Below the pieces are notes generated by a model, which was not told the DNA's origin, searched no databases, and saw only the letters and a list, made by a program, of their open reading frames with translations. The position numbers and the translations under genes are program-made. A stretch of 64,000 nucleotides of DNA from contig SVTB01000001.1 in the NCBI GenBank assembly GCA_015064015.1, positions 2,762-66,761 of the forward strand, given 5' to 3'. This document shows, piece by piece, positions 63,767-64,000 of this stretch; the stretch's first letter is position 1, and every line of letters starts with the position of its first letter. This DNA comes from Oscillospiraceae bacterium. GTDB taxonomy: Bacteria > Bacillota > Clostridia > Oscillospirales > CAG-272.

Positions 63767-63909
63767 AAGTGATCTCCATTCTGTCGCTTTACGGCAGTAC
63801 AAATACTCAATTAGAACCTCTGAAAACTCTGTTGGCGGAAAAACTGCCTTAGCTTTTCCGTCAACAGAGTTCTGAGAGGGAAGTTCTGAGAAAGCATATA
63901 CTTGATACG

Positions 63910-63942
63910 CCCACCTCGCAGGCACAAAGCCTGCGAGGTGGG
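63910..63942. other. perfect 14-bp hairpin upstream of the glycosyltransferase gene
   Basis: Stem CCCACCTCGCAGGC acaaa GCCTGCGAGGTGGG. T-rich sequence lies only on the plus-strand side. Probably marks the 3' end of a gene beyond the window. Confidence 0.4.
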
Positions 63943-64000
63943 TATATTTATGCTTTCATTTATACGCAAATCGTGGGACACATCATGCGGAGGTGTATCC

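Overview
About 55% GC chromosomal window with gene content and order typical of a Firmicutes/Clostridia (Oscillospirales-like) anaerobe. I support about 47 protein genes. By eye I found no rRNA, tRNA, CRISPR array, transposase, integrase or reverse transcriptase. Left to right: (1) metF, trmK and a Nif3-family gene. (2) A minus-strand glycan-utilisation block at 3.1-10.9 kb: a GH78-like gene, a GH4 gene and two anchored surface proteins that share a ConA-like domain, with a divergent MocR regulator. (3) A polar amino-acid ABC transporter whose permease carries an extra domain of about 250 aa. (4) A 270-bp GC-rich, heavily self-complementary intergenic element at 17.2-17.5 kb. (5) An 18-kb minus-strand block at 18.2-36.6 kb: a 2455-aa S8 subtilase-PA-Big-LRR surface giant, a GLUG-type lipoprotein, an 859-aa family-5 binding lipoprotein and OppBCDF-type genes. 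(6) A divergent triad of lipoproteins at 36.9-42.6 kb; one carries a TlpA-like CxxC domain, and two share an unrecognised Cys-containing module. (7) The conserved rimP-nusA-ylxR-L7Ae-infB operon. (8) More PT-rich surface proteins and lipoproteins, a cysteine desulfidase, a sugar isomerase and a PHP/GH42-like operon. (9) A metallophosphoesterase pair and the edge of a polysaccharide locus (flippase, acetyltransferase, GT). Recurrent non-genic signals are a dispersed palindrome-plus-tail repeat family (at least 7 copies) and several near-consensus sigma-A promoters and intrinsic terminators. The best novelty candidates are the protease-Opp supercluster with its divergent lipoprotein triad, the GGC-TM-KKK C-terminal tails, the repeat family and the 17.2-kb structured element. 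All family assignments rest on motif recognition by eye, not on searches.
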